Source of the DNA: Burkholderiales bacterium
GTDB taxonomy: Bacteria > Pseudomonadota > Gammaproteobacteria > Burkholderiales > Burkholderiaceae_E
DNA: 64,000 nt
Direction of reading: 5' to 3'
Assembly (NCBI GenBank): GCA_026399835.1
Contig: JAPLQE010000092.1
Location: 2,882-66,881, forward strand
In this document: positions 54,710 to 64,000 of the stretch, one piece after another
How positions within the stretch are numbered: the first letter of the stretch is position 1
Layout: each line of letters opens with the position of its first letter
The notes under the pieces: model-generated
The model's input: only the letters and a program-made list of their open reading frames with translations
Database searches by the model: none
What the model was told of the DNA's origin: nothing
Position numbers and translations under genes: made by a program

Positions 54710-55837
54710 ATGAACAGCGTCGCGCGAGCGCGTCCGGCGGTGGGCGCAGTGCCGCGGCTCGCGCCGTGGCTGGTGGTGCCGCTGGCCTGGTTCGCGGTCA
54801 CCTGGGTGGCTGGCGTGCGTCAGGGCCTGCTCGTGCTGGTGGGCCTGGGTTTCGGCGCCGTGCTGGCCGCGACCGCCTTCGGCTTCACCACCGGCTGGCG
54901 CGTGTGGCTCAGGCAGCGCGACCCCACCGGCCTGCTGGCCCAGTGCCTCGCGATCGGGCTGGCGATGCTCGGCACGGTGCCACTGCTCGCCACCCACCCC
55001 GAGCTGTCGGGCGCGGTCGCGCCGCTGTCGTGGAGCCTCGTGCTCGGTGCCTTCGTGTTCGGCGCGGCGATGCAGGTCGCCGACGGCTGCGGTTCGGGCA
55101 CGCTCTACAAGGCCGGGCTCGGCCACCCCGCGAGCATCGCCGCGTTTCCGGGCCTGGTGATCGGCAGCTTCCTCGGCGCGGCCCATCAGGACTGGTGGCT
55201 GTCGTGGGGCAGCCTGCCGGGCGTGTCGCTGGTCGAGACGCTGGGCGCGGGCGGCACGATCGCCGTCCAGGGCACGGCGCTCCTTGCGATCGGTGCCCTC
55301 GCCTGGCGGGCTCGGCGTGCCACGGGCACACGCTGGCGCGGCCGCGGCGTGTGGATCGGCGCCGTGCTGCTCGCGGTGCTCGGCGTGGCCAACCTCGTCA
55401 TCGCAGGCCAGCCCTGGGGCATCGTCTACGGGCCGGGCCTGTGGGGCGCGAAGCTCGTGACCTGGCTGGGGGCGGACCTGTCGGGCAATGCCTTCTGGGG
55501 GACCGAGGCGCGGCTGGCGCAGGTTGCCGCGCCGGTGCTCGACGACGTCACCACGATCACCAATCTCGGCCTGCTCGCGGGCGCGCTGCTGGTGGCGGCG
55601 CGCCGCGGCGCCGCGTGCCCGAACGTGGGTCCGATCCCGATGCGGCAGTGGCTCGCCGCGATCGTCGCCGGGCTGGTGCTCGGCTACAGCTCGCGGCTGG
55701 CCTTCGGCTGCAACGTCGGCGCGTTCTTCTCGGGCATCTCGTCCGGCAGCCTGCACGGATGGGTGTGGTTCGCGGCGGCCTTCGCAGGCTCGACGCTCGG
55801 CATCCGGCTGCGCGAGCGGCTGGGCATGAAGGGGTGA
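54710..55837 (+). CDS. YeeE/YedE family sulfur-compound (thiosulfate) transport membrane protein
   Basis: 375 aa and polytopic. It has two conserved Cys loops, [12 protein letters not shown] and [12 protein letters not shown]. Confidence 0.85.
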   Translation: MNSVARARPAVGAVPRLAPWLVVPLAWFAVTWVAGVRQGLLVLVGLGFGAVLAATAFGFTTGWRVWLRQRDPTGLLAQCLAIGLAMLGTVPLLATHPELSGAVAPLSWSLVLGAFVFGAAMQVADGCGSGTLYKAGLGHPASIAAFPGLVIGSFLGAAHQDWWLSWGSLPGVSLVETLGAGGTIAVQGTALLAIGALAWRARRATGTRWRGRGVWIGAVLLAVLGVANLVIAGQPWGIVYGPGLWGAKLVTWLGADLSGNAFWGTEARLAQVAAPVLDDVTTITNLGLLAGALLVAARRGAACPNVGPIPMRQWLAAIVAGLVLGYSSRLAFGCNVGAFFSGISSGSLHGWVWFAAAFAGSTLGIRLRERLGMKG

Positions 55838-55841
55838 GGCC

Positions 55842-56003
55842 ATGAGACGCATCGGACTCGCCGTCTCGTTCTGGGCCGCGCTCGCCGGCTTCGTGGTGCT
55901 CGATGCGCTGAGCTCGGCGCCGCGCGATCGCTTCGCCGAGCCCTCGCCCATCGCGCTCGGCAGCGAACGGGCCGCGGGCGCAGGGCACTGCTCGGGGAAG
56001 TAG
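55842..56003 (+). CDS. Possible 53-aa membrane peptide downstream of yeeE
   Basis: ATG 55842 lies 5 nt after the yeeE stop. MRRIGLAVSFWAALAGFVVLDAL.. has one TM helix. It is below the track's size cut-off, and support comes only from position and hydrophobicity. Confidence 0.25.
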   Translation: MRRIGLAVSFWAALAGFVVLDALSSAPRDRFAEPSPIALGSERAAGAGHCSGK

Positions 56004-56083
56004 GCGACGTCCCCGGGCCCGCGGCCCGGCAAGCATGCCGGGCCCCGCTCGGCGGCGCGCCGCTTGCGGCGCGAACCCCCGCC

Positions 56084-57820
56084 TCACGCCTCGCGCAGGC
56101 GGTCGAGCCCGGCCTGCACGCGCGCCGGGTCGTCGGCCGCGAGCAGACGCGAGACGCGCGTGCGCAGCCGCCCGGCGTCGCAGCGCAGGATCTCGCGCTT
56201 GATGCGCAGCAGGCTCGCCGGATGCATCGAGAACACCCGCAGCCCCATGCCGATCAGCAGGCGCGTCGCCTCGAGGTCGCCGGCCATCTCGCCGCACACC
56301 GATACCGGCTTGCCCGCCCGCTCGCCGGCGCGGATGGTCTGCGAGACGAGCTGCAGCACCGCCGGGTGGAACGGGTCGTACAGCGAGGAGACCGCATGGT
56401 CGGCGCGATCGATCGCCAGGGTGTACTGCACCAGGTCGTTGGTGCCGATCGACAGGAAGTCGAGCCGGCGCGCGAAGAACGGCGCGGTCAGCGCCGCGGC
56501 CGGCACCTCGATCATGCCGCCCACCGGCACCGGGGGCATCGGCCGGCGCAGGCGGTCGGCGAGCTGCTCGCGCGCCTGCGCGATCAGGCGCAGCGTCTGG
56601 TCGACCTCGTGGCCGTGCGCGAGCATCGGTATCAGCAGCCGCACCGGACCGTGCTCGGCGGCGCGCAGGATCGCGCGGAGCTGCTCGAGGAACACGTCGG
56701 GCTCGGCGAGGCTGTAGCGGATCGCACGCTGGCCGAGCGCCGGGTTGGGCGACGCGGCGGGCTCGTGCGCGTCGTCGTCGCCGTCGAGCGCCTTGTCGGC
56801 GCCGATGTCGATGGTACGGATGGTGACCGGGCCGCCCGCCATGCCGAGCACCGCCTCGCGGTAGGCCTCGTACTGCTCGTCCTCGCCCGGCAGCTCGCGC
56901 CGGTTCATGAACAGGAACTCGGTGCGGAACAGGCCCACGCCCGAGGCGCCCGCATCGCGCGACTGCGCGGCTTCGGCGGGCAGCTCGATGTTGGCGAGCA
57001 GCTCGATGGGCACGCCGTCGAGCGTGGCCGAAGGCACGTGCACCAGCCGCTCGAGCTGCTTCCTCTCGAGCAGGCCCAGCGCCATCCGGTGGCGGTACTC
57101 CTCGAGGACCGCGGTATCCGGGGCGACGATCAGCACGCCGGTGTCGCCGTCGATCACCAGCCAGTCGTCGTCGCGGACCATCTGGCCGGCGCGGTCCAGG
57201 CCGACCACCGCGGGCACGTTCATGCTGCGCGCGAGGATCGCGGTGTGCGAGGCGGTGCCGCCGAGGTCGATCGCGAAGCCGCCGGCATGCTTCAACTGCA
57301 GCATGTCGGCCGGCGAGATGTCGTGCGCCACGAAGATCAGCGGCACGTCGCCCGGCAGCGCGCGGGCGCGCAGCGCACGGCCCGAGCCGGACAGCACCCG
57401 CAGCACACGGTCGGCGACCTGGGTCACGTCGCGCCCGCGCTCGCGCAGGTAGGGATCGTCGAACTGCTCGAACTGCGCGGCCAGGTGCTCGGCCTGCGAG
57501 GCGAAGGCCCACTCGGCGTTCTGCCCGTGCGACTCGATCGCGACCGTCGCCTGCGGCGCGAGCGACGGGTCGTCGAGGATCATCGCGTGGACCTGCAGCA
57601 GCGCCTGCGCCTCGACCGGCGCATCGGCGGGCAGGTGCGTGCCAAGCGTCTCGAGCTCGGTGCGCACGGTGGCGACGGCTCGGGCGAGCCGCGCGGCCTC
57701 GCCGGCGCGCTGCGCGAACTCGACCCGGTAGCGCGGCACGTCGATGAGCCGCGTCTCGAGCACCACCGCACGGCCGACGACGACGCCGCCACCGATGCCG
57801 GTCCCGTGCAGGGTGAGCAT
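56084..57820 (-). CDS. ptsI: Phosphoenolpyruvate-protein phosphotransferase (PTS enzyme I)
   Basis: From ATG 57820 the product is 578 aa. It has GGTASHTAILARS (phospho-His) and FLSIGTNDLVQYTLA, plus a C-terminal PEP-utilising domain with CGEMAG. Confidence 0.9.
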   Translation of the reverse strand: MLTLHGTGIGGGVVVGRAVVLETRLIDVPRYRVEFAQRAGEAARLARAVATVRTELETLGTHLPADAPVEAQALLQVHAMILDDPSLAPQATVAIESHGQNAEWAFASQAEHLAAQFEQFDDPYLRERGRDVTQVADRVLRVLSGSGRALRARALPGDVPLIFVAHDISPADMLQLKHAGGFAIDLGGTASHTAILARSMNVPAVVGLDRAGQMVRDDDWLVIDGDTGVLIVAPDTAVLEEYRHRMALGLLERKQLERLVHVPSATLDGVPIELLANIELPAEAAQSRDAGASGVGLFRTEFLFMNRRELPGEDEQYEAYREAVLGMAGGPVTIRTIDIGADKALDGDDDAHEPAASPNPALGQRAIRYSLAEPDVFLEQLRAILRAAEHGPVRLLIPMLAHGHEVDQTLRLIAQAREQLADRLRRPMPPVPVGGMIEVPAAALTAPFFARRLDFLSIGTNDLVQYTLAIDRADHAVSSLYDPFHPAVLQLVSQTIRAGERAGKPVSVCGEMAGDLEATRLLIGMGLRVFSMHPASLLRIKREILRCDAGRLRTRVSRLLAADDPARVQAGLDRLREA

Positions 57821-57834
57821 CGTCCCGCGCCGCC

Positions 57835-58137
57835 TCAGCGACCCGGCGGGTCCGCGGGCTCGGGCGGGCAGGCGCCCTCGCCGAACCCTGAGCCCACCAG
57901 CTCCGCGAGCGCCGTCAGCGCCGCGTCCTCGTCGGGGCCGTCGGCCTCGACCGTCAGCGTCGCGCCGCGCGCGGCCGCCAGCATCATCACGCCCATGATG
58001 CTCTTGCCGTTCACGCGCCGCGTGCCCTTGGAGAGCCACACGTCGGACTTGAAGCGCGTCGCGGTCTGCGTGAGCGCCGCCGAGGGCCGCGCGTGCAGCC
58101 CCAGCTTGTTCACGATCGTCAACTGGATCTGCTTCAC
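57835..58137 (-). CDS. ptsH: Phosphocarrier protein HPr
   Basis: A GTG start overlaps the EIIA stop. It has IVNKLGLHARPSA (His15) and NGKSIMGVMML (Ser46). The ~12-aa Pro-rich C-terminal extension is atypical. Confidence 0.85.
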   Translation of the reverse strand: MKQIQLTIVNKLGLHARPSAALTQTATRFKSDVWLSKGTRRVNGKSIMGVMMLAAARGATLTVEADGPDEDAALTALAELVGSGFGEGACPPEPADPPGR

Positions 58138-58541
58138 GCCTCGTCTCCGTCGGCCCGAGCCTCGATGGGCAGGATGGTCTCGCGCACGCCTTCCAGCAGC
58201 TTGGCGGCCACCTCGTCCGGCGGCCCGCGCCGATGGGTCAGCGCCTTGACCAGCAGCGGCAGGTTCACCCCGGCGATCACGATGATCCGATTGGGCTCGG
58301 CGAGCCGCGCGGCGATGCGCGCCGGCGTCGCGCCGAACAGGTCGGTCAGCACGATCACGCCCGAGCCGTCGTTGATCCGCGCGAGCAGCTCGCGCGCCGC
58401 CTTGAGCGCGAGCTCGGGATCCTCGTCGGGGATCACGTCGAGCGCGGCGAGCTGCGGCGGCATGCGACCGAAGATGTGCCGCGTGCAGTGGATCAGCGCG
58501 GTGCCGAGCGGCTCGTGCGAGACGACGAGGATGCCGATCAT
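58134..58541 (-). CDS. PTS EIIA component, mannose/fructose family
   Basis: 135 aa. It has MIGILVVSHEPLG (phospho-His10 context) and VIVLTDLFGATP. It lies upstream of ptsH-ptsI, as in the Ralstonia-type regulatory PTS. Confidence 0.8.
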   Translation of the reverse strand: MIGILVVSHEPLGTALIHCTRHIFGRMPPQLAALDVIPDEDPELALKAARELLARINDGSGVIVLTDLFGATPARIAARLAEPNRIIVIAGVNLPLLVKALTHRRGPPDEVAAKLLEGVRETILPIEARADGDEA

Positions 58542-59512
58542 CGCGGCCGCGCGACCTCGCGCTCGAGGCATTCGACGTACAGCGCCGCGACGTCGAAGCC
58601 GGTCTGCTCGGCGATCTCGCGGAAGCAGGTCGGGCTGGTGACATTCACCTCGGTCAGGCAGTCGCCGATGACGTCGAGGCCGACCAGGAACAGGCCGCGC
58701 GCGAAGAGCCGCGGCGCGAGCGACTCTGCGATCCGGCGGTCGCCCGCCGTCAGCGGCTGGGCCCGCCCGGTGCCGCCGGCGGCGAGGTTGCCGCGCGACT
58801 CGCCGAGCTTGGGGATGCGGGCGAGCGCGAACGGCACCACCTGCCCGCCGATCAGCAGCACCCGCTTGTCGCCGTCGGCGATCTGCGGCAGGTAGCGCTG
58901 CGCCATCACGCTGCGCGCGCCGAACTGGTTCATCGTCTCGACGATCACCGACAGGTTCGAGTCGCCGGTGCGCGCGCGGAAGATCGACGCGCCGCCCATG
59001 CCGTCGAGCAGCTTGAAGACCGCCTCGCCGTGGCGCTGCACGAAGGCGCGCAGCCGCGCCGGGTCGCGCGTGACCATCGTGTCCGCGGTGAACTCGGGGA
59101 ACTCCGCGATCGCGTACTTCTCGCTGTGGTCGCGGATCGCGCGCGGATCGTTGAAGACGCGCGCGCCCTCGCGCACCGCATGCTCGAGCAGGTAGGTGCT
59201 GTAGACGTACTCGAGGTCGAAGGGCGGGTCCTTGCGCATCAGCACCGCGTCGAACGCCGAGACGCGCTCGGCGCGCGGCTCGCTGCAGCGCCACCAGCCG
59301 TGCGCGTCGTGGCCGGCCTCGCCGAGCTGCGGGCCCGAAAGCGCCAGGGCCGACGCGTCGGCCCACGCGTGCCCGTCCTCCAGCCAGAGCTGCCCCTGCT
59401 CGCAGAAGGCGAGCGCATGGCCGCGCGCCGCGGCCGCGACCATGATCGCGTAGGTCGAGTCCTTGTACGTCTTGAAGGACTCGATCGGGTCGGCGACGAT
59501 CAGGATGCGCAT
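58538..59512 (-). CDS. gshB: Glutathione synthetase
   Basis: 324 aa. It has MRKDPPFD, SEKYAIAEFPEF, FKLLDGMGGASIF, RGNLAAGG and VGLDVIGDCLTEVNVTSPT. Confidence 0.9.
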   Translation of the reverse strand: MRILIVADPIESFKTYKDSTYAIMVAAAARGHALAFCEQGQLWLEDGHAWADASALALSGPQLGEAGHDAHGWWRCSEPRAERVSAFDAVLMRKDPPFDLEYVYSTYLLEHAVREGARVFNDPRAIRDHSEKYAIAEFPEFTADTMVTRDPARLRAFVQRHGEAVFKLLDGMGGASIFRARTGDSNLSVIVETMNQFGARSVMAQRYLPQIADGDKRVLLIGGQVVPFALARIPKLGESRGNLAAGGTGRAQPLTAGDRRIAESLAPRLFARGLFLVGLDVIGDCLTEVNVTSPTCFREIAEQTGFDVAALYVECLEREVARPR

Positions 59513-59552
59513 CGGGGTCCTCGGCGCGACGGCGCGGGAAGGGATCGCCGCT

Positions 59553-60845
59553 TCAGCCGAAGCGGCTGGGGTCCGGGTCGGTCCGCTCGAGCTCGAGCGA
59601 GGCCGCGAGCAGCGCGAGGCGGGCGACCACGCCGTACGCGTAGAAGCGGTTCGGCGGGCAGTCCGGGGTGCCGCCGGCGTCCGGCATGTTGCACGGCGCG
59701 GCGAAGGGCAGCGGCACGAAGCGCGAACCCGGCGCGTTCAGGTTCTCGTCGCGGCCGCGGTCGCCGTGCACGCGGTAGAAGCCGCCGACGACGTACTTGT
59801 CGACCATGTAGACCACCGGCTCGGCGACTCCGTTGTCGACCGTCTCGATCGTCGGCACGCCTTCCTGGATGATCACCTCGCTGACCTCCAGGCCCTCCTT
59901 GACCACCGCCATCTTGTTGCGCTGCTTGCGGTTGAGGTTCTGCACCTCGGAGGCGTCCTTCACCGACATGATGCCCATGCCGTAGGTGCCGGCATCGGCC
60001 TTCACGATCACGAAGGGCGTCTGGTCGATCCCGTACTCCTTGTACTTCGCGCGGATCAGCTTGAGCGTGGCGTCGACGTTGTGCGCGAGGCATTCCTCGC
60101 CTTCGCGCGCCTGGAAGTCGACCTTGCCGCAGGTCGAGAAGTAAGGGTTGACCAGCCACGGATCGACGTCGAGCAGCTTGCCGAACTGGCGGGCGACGTC
60201 GTTGTACGCCGAGAAATGATGCGACTTGCGGCGCACCGCCCAGCCCGCGTGCAGCGGCGGCAGCAGGATCTGGCCCTGCAGGTCGCGCAGGATGTCCGGG
60301 ATGCCGGCCGACAGGTCGTTGTTGAGCAGGATCGCACAGGGGTCGAAGCCGTCGAGGCCGACGCGCCCGTTGGCGCGCACCAGCGGCTCGATCGTGAGCG
60401 CCTGCCCGTCGGGCAGCTCGACCCGGGTCGGCGCGGTGATCTCGGGGTTCAGCGTGCCCAGCCGCACCGCCAGCCCCGTCTGGCGAAGCAGCGCGGCGAT
60501 CCGCACCACGTTCATCAGGTAGTAGGTGTTGCGGGTGTGGTTCTCGGGGATCAGCAGCAGGTTCTTCGCGTCGGGGCAGTACTTCTCGATCGCGACGGTC
60601 GCCGCCTGCACGGCCAGCGGCAGGGCCTCGGCCGAGAGGTTGTTGAAGCCGCCCGGGTAGAGGTTGGTGTCCACCGGCGCGACCTTGAAGGCCGCGTTGC
60701 GCAGGTCCACCGAGCAGTAGAACGGCGGCGTGTGCTCCTGCCATTCCATGCGGAACCAGCGTTCGATGCGCGGCGTGGCGTCGAGGAACTTGCGCTCGAG
60801 CTCCAGCAGCGGGCCGGTCAGCGATGTGACGAAGTTGGGGACCAT
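59553..60845 (-). CDS. gshA: Glutamate-cysteine ligase (betaproteobacterial / T. ferrooxidans-type)
   Basis: From ATG 60845 the product is 430 aa. It has PPFYCSVDLRNAAFKVAPVDTNLYPGGFNNL and VIVKADAGTYGMGIM. It is adjacent to gshB. Confidence 0.8.
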   Translation of the reverse strand: MVPNFVTSLTGPLLELERKFLDATPRIERWFRMEWQEHTPPFYCSVDLRNAAFKVAPVDTNLYPGGFNNLSAEALPLAVQAATVAIEKYCPDAKNLLLIPENHTRNTYYLMNVVRIAALLRQTGLAVRLGTLNPEITAPTRVELPDGQALTIEPLVRANGRVGLDGFDPCAILLNNDLSAGIPDILRDLQGQILLPPLHAGWAVRRKSHHFSAYNDVARQFGKLLDVDPWLVNPYFSTCGKVDFQAREGEECLAHNVDATLKLIRAKYKEYGIDQTPFVIVKADAGTYGMGIMSVKDASEVQNLNRKQRNKMAVVKEGLEVSEVIIQEGVPTIETVDNGVAEPVVYMVDKYVVGGFYRVHGDRGRDENLNAPGSRFVPLPFAAPCNMPDAGGTPDCPPNRFYAYGVVARLALLAASLELERTDPDPSRFG

Positions 60846-60924
60846 GAGCGTGGGGGCGTCCTCGGGCGGCCATTGTAGCCTCGGACCGCCGGAGCCTGCT
60901 CGGGGCTCCAGGCGCCCGCTCATC

Positions 60925-61785
60925 TCACCGAAACACCACCGTCCGGTGCCCGTTGAGCATCACCCGATCCTCCAGGTGGTAGCGCAGCGCGCGGGCCAGC
61001 ACGGCCCGCTCGACGTCGCGGCCGTAGCGGATCAGGTCGTCGACGGTGTCGCCATGCTCCACGCGGACCACGTCCTGCTCGATGATCGGACCCTCGTCGA
61101 GGTCCGCCGTCACGTAGTGGCTGGTCGCGCCGATCAGCTTCACGCCTCGCTCGAACGCCCGGTGATACGGCTTGGCGCCGACGAACGAGGGCAGGAAGCT
61201 GTGGTGGATGTTGATCACGCGGCCCGGGTAGCGCGCGCAGGTGTCGGGCGGCAGGATCTGCATGTAGCGGGCGAGCACGAGCGTGTCGACCTCGTGCTGC
61301 TGCAGCAGCCGCTCGATCTCGGCGAAGGCCGCCGGCTTGGTCTCGGGCGTCACCGGCACGTGGTGGAACGGGATGCCGTGGACCTCGACGTCGCGCCGCA
61401 GGTCGTCGTGGTTGGCGATCACGCAGGGGATCTCGCAGCGCAGCTCGCCGGCGCGCCAGCGGTACAGCAGGTCGATCAGGCAGTGGTCGAGCTTGCTCAC
61501 CAGCAGCGCCACGCGGCGCGGCACCTCGGAGTCCGACAGCCTCCAGGTCATCTCGAAGCGGTCGGCGATCGGGGCGAACGCATCGGCGAAGCGGTCGCGC
61601 CCCTCGGGCAGCGAGGACGCGAGGATCGCGTTGCGCATGAAGAACCGCCCGCGCTCGCGGTCGGCGTGGTGGTTGGCCTCGAGTATCCAGCCGCCGCGCT
61701 CGGCGATGAAGCGGGACACCTCGGCGACGATGCCCACGCGGTCGGGGCAGTCGATGGTCAGCGTGTAATGGCGTTCGGAGAGCAT
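60925..61785 (-). CDS. purU: Formyltetrahydrofolate deformylase
   Basis: From ATG 61785 the product is 286 aa. It has an ACT-like N-terminus (LTIDCPDRVGIVAEVSRFI), then VINIHHSFLPSFVGAKPYHRA and GATSHYVTADLDEGPII. Confidence 0.9.
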   Translation of the reverse strand: MLSERHYTLTIDCPDRVGIVAEVSRFIAERGGWILEANHHADRERGRFFMRNAILASSLPEGRDRFADAFAPIADRFEMTWRLSDSEVPRRVALLVSKLDHCLIDLLYRWRAGELRCEIPCVIANHDDLRRDVEVHGIPFHHVPVTPETKPAAFAEIERLLQQHEVDTLVLARYMQILPPDTCARYPGRVINIHHSFLPSFVGAKPYHRAFERGVKLIGATSHYVTADLDEGPIIEQDVVRVEHGDTVDDLIRYGRDVERAVLARALRYHLEDRVMLNGHRTVVFR

Positions 61786-61792
61786 CGGCGGA

Positions 61793-64000
61793 TTATGGCC
61801 GAGCCTCGCCGCGACTGCCTCGGGTGACCTCGAGGCCGGCCGGGGCGAGGCGCAACGGCTTGCCCGCACCCAGCGGCGCCTCGGGCAGCCGGGCCATCGC
61901 CGCGCACGCCAGCGCCGCCGCATACGGGAACGCCTGCAGCCCCAGCACCACCAGCCACAGCGCCGACTCCAGGTGCCCGGGCTGGCGGGTGAGCACGACG
62001 CCCGCCGCGCACGAGGCCAGCCCCGCGAACAGCAGCGCCTCCTCGCGCACGCCGCCGAACGCGACCGACGACACGCGCGCGGCGCCGGCCTTCGCGCCCT
62101 TCGCGGTGATCTCGAAGACGCCCTCGCGATGCGCGAGTCCGGCGAACACGCCCAGCCCGATCGCGTGCGACAGCCCCATGCCGGCCAGCGCCGCACCCAG
62201 CGTCTCCAGCGGCGAGCAGCGCACGCGGCGCGCGTAGAGCAGCGGCCCGAGCAGCGCGCGCACGCCGAAGAACGCCACCAGCGGGACCATGTACAGCGTG
62301 ATCGGATAGGTGAACTGGATCGGCGCCGCCAGCAGCGCGATCGTCCAGGCCATCGCGCCGAAGGTGAACACCAGGTGCAGCGCGTCGCCGATCCAGGGCA
62401 GCCAGCCCGAGACGAAGTGGTAGCGCTGCGCGGGCGTGAGACTGCCGCGCCCGAGCAGCGCCCCGGCGTGCGCCTTCATGATCTGCATCGCACCCTGCGC
62501 CCAGCGGCGGCGCTGCTTGCGGAACTGCGCGAAGTCGTCGGGCGTCAGGCCCTCGCCCATCACGCGGTCGACGTAGACCGTGCGCAGGCCGGCCTTCATC
62601 AGCCGCAGGCCGAGCTCGGCATCCTCGCAGATCGTCCACTCCGACCAGCGCCCGAGGCTGCTCAGCGCCTGCGCGCGGATCAGCGTCATCGTGCCGTGCT
62701 GGATGATCGCGTCGCGCTCGTTGCGATGGTGCATGCCGATGCGGAAGAAGCCGTCGTACTCGAAGTTCATCATGCGACGGAACGGATGGCGCTCCCAGGC
62801 GCGGTGCGCCTGCGGCGACTGCACGACCGCGACCTGCGTGTCCTCGAAGTGCGCGACGTTCGAGCGCAGCCACTCCGGGCGCACGATGTAGTCGGCGTCG
62901 ACCACGCCGACGACGTCTGCGTCCGCGGCCGTCTGCTCGAGCGCGAAGTTCAGCGCGCCGGCCTTGTAGCCCGGCCACGTCGGCAGGTGGAAGAAGCGGA
63001 AGCGCGCGTCGCCCAGGCGCTCGACCCAGTCGCGCACCGGCTCCCACAGCGCCGCGTCCTTCGTGTTGTTGTCGACGACCAGCACCTCGTAGTTCGTCCA
63101 GTTCAGGCGCGCGAGGCTCTGCAGCGTCGCGATCACCATCTCCGGCGGCTCGCTGCAGCAGGCCAGGTGCAGCGAGACCTTGGGCTCGGGCGCGTCGCCG
63201 CGCAGCGGCCTCGGATGGAACTGGCGGCGCAGGTTGCCGCGCCAGAACATCTCGACGAACTCGAAGCCGTTGGCCAGCACGATCGACACCATCAGGCCGA
63301 GCGTGGGCAGCAGCACCGCCAGCGCCATCCAGTCGGCAGGCCGCAGGTAGTGGTCGAACGGCACCGCCAGCAGCCAGACCGCGAACGAGGCGACCCCCTG
63401 CAGCGCGACGCAGTAGACCGCACGGCTCGCGAGCCGCAGCCGCGCGAAGCGCGTCGCGAACCACGCCATCGCGACGAAGCCGAGCAGCGACGCGCAGGCC
63501 GCCTTGGTCTCCCAGTCGCGATCGGGCTCGACCGGCCCCTCGAGCTCGAACTTGGGGCTACGGTCGGCGTTGAAGAGGCCCCAGTACGCACCGACCCGGC
63601 CCTCGTTCGTCGCCTTCCAGGGCTGGTCGATCGCCTCCATCACGAAGTAGTCGACCGGCTTGCCCTTGACCCGCGCGAGGAACTCGCGGGTGAAGCGCGC
63701 CTGCTCGAGCGGCGAGGCGGTCGCGGTGCTGCCGTTGCGGGTCAGCCGGTCGCCGCGGCTCGGCCAGCCGATCTCGCCGATCACCACGTGCTTGTTGGGG
63801 AAGCGCGCCTTGATCTGCTCGTAGCGGTCCATCGCATACTCGACGGCCACCTCGGACGGCACGCCCTCCCAGTAGGGCAGCAGGTGGACCGCGATGTAGT
63901 CGACGTGCCTGGCGAGCTCGGGATAGCGCATCCAGATGTGCCAGGGCTCGGCGGTGGACACCGGCACGCGCAGCGCGCGGCGCAGCGCCTTGAGGTGTGC
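61793..64000 (-). CDS. GH17 glucanase-like domain fused to GT2 glycosyltransferase (NdvB/NdvC-type beta-glucan synthase); 5' end beyond the window
   Basis: The frame is open to the right edge. It has YIAVHLLPYWEG, VVIGEIGWPS and AYWGLFN (GH17), then TM helices, then VLVVDNNT, VDADY, QSPQ and the GT2 motif FRKQRRRWAQG, followed by C-terminal TM helices. Confidence 0.8.
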   Translation of the reverse strand, partial: AHLKALRRALRVPVSTAEPWHIWMRYPELARHVDYIAVHLLPYWEGVPSEVAVEYAMDRYEQIKARFPNKHVVIGEIGWPSRGDRLTRNGSTATASPLEQARFTREFLARVKGKPVDYFVMEAIDQPWKATNEGRVGAYWGLFNADRSPKFELEGPVEPDRDWETKAACASLLGFVAMAWFATRFARLRLASRAVYCVALQGVASFAVWLLAVPFDHYLRPADWMALAVLLPTLGLMVSIVLANGFEFVEMFWRGNLRRQFHPRPLRGDAPEPKVSLHLACCSEPPEMVIATLQSLARLNWTNYEVLVVDNNTKDAALWEPVRDWVERLGDARFRFFHLPTWPGYKAGALNFALEQTAADADVVGVVDADYIVRPEWLRSNVAHFEDTQVAVVQSPQAHRAWERHPFRRMMNFEYDGFFRIGMHHRNERDAIIQHGTMTLIRAQALSSLGRWSEWTICEDAELGLRLMKAGLRTVYVDRVMGEGLTPDDFAQFRKQRRRWAQGAMQIMKAHAGALLGRGSLTPAQRYHFVSGWLPWIGDALHLVFTFGAMAWTIALLAAPIQFTYPITLYMVPLVAFFGVRALLGPLLYARRVRCSPLETLGAALAGMGLSHAIGLGVFAGLAHREGVFEITAKGAKAGAARVSSVAFGGVREEALLFAGLASCAAGVVLTRQPGHLESALWLVVLGLQAFPYAAALACAAMARLPEAPLGAGKPLRLAPAGLEVTRGSRGEARP

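Noticed and set aside
56084-59512. EIIA(Man)-HPr-EI next to gshB as a novel association.
   Set aside because: This regulatory, transporter-less PTS adjacent to gshB is a known conserved arrangement in Ralstonia- and Burkholderia-type betaproteobacteria, so it is ordinary context here.

Overview
This window is 64 kb of very GC-rich (about 70% by eye) proteobacterial chromosome. A Bug/TctC binding protein, a fused IcmF mutase, a PEP-CTERM protein, EIIA(Man)-HPr-EI next to gshA/gshB, and metX-metW suggest a Burkholderiales-type betaproteobacterium; this is inference only. All homology calls come from motif recognition in the supplied translations; nothing was searched.

I support about 55 protein-coding genes, mostly on the minus strand. 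I found no rRNA, no complete tRNA, no CRISPR array and no intact mobile element. Most long track ORFs that lie antisense to these genes are GC-driven artefacts.

Ordinary blocks:
- aldo/keto reductase
- phosphofructokinase
- GGDEF cyclase
- vapBC
- icmF
- TonB-dependent receptor
- thiolase
- yjcH-actP
- a D-aminoacylase / TctC / CoA-transferase / Rieske oxygenase / tartrate dehydrogenase operon
- PQQ sugar dehydrogenase
- metXW
- rhodanese plus YeeE
- ptsI-ptsH-EIIA(Man)
- gshB, gshA, purU
- a GH17-GT2 glucan synthase that runs off the right edge

The window is unusually scarred:
- three in-frame TAG codons in the first 4 kb
- several 5'- or 3'-truncated genes
- an IS91 remnant
- a vapBC/icmF duplication scar
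- two pairs of direct repeats that bracket single-gene cassettes
- an apparent in-frame deletion in metX

The most interesting candidates are:
1. A photolyase/cryptochrome homologue whose two domains appear in reversed (circularly permuted) order.
2. Directly downstream of it, a 14-bp x4 tandem repeat that encodes a ladder of ATGA-coupled 5-codon mini-ORFs feeding into a DUF3429 gene.
3. A TM-less protein with two tandem sensor modules fused directly to a CheW domain.
4. A PEP-CTERM protein / 2OG-oxygenase-like / membrane spermidine-synthase-like operon.
5. A periplasmic metal-handling cluster: ligand-less PCuAC-like protein, secreted PHP-like protein, PpiC-like protein, and an extended HupE.
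6. A cNMP/CBS/DUF294 nucleotidyltransferase plus DEDDh exonuclease pair behind actP.

I cannot show that any of these is a truly undescribed system. Each one is a hypothesis with a stated test.
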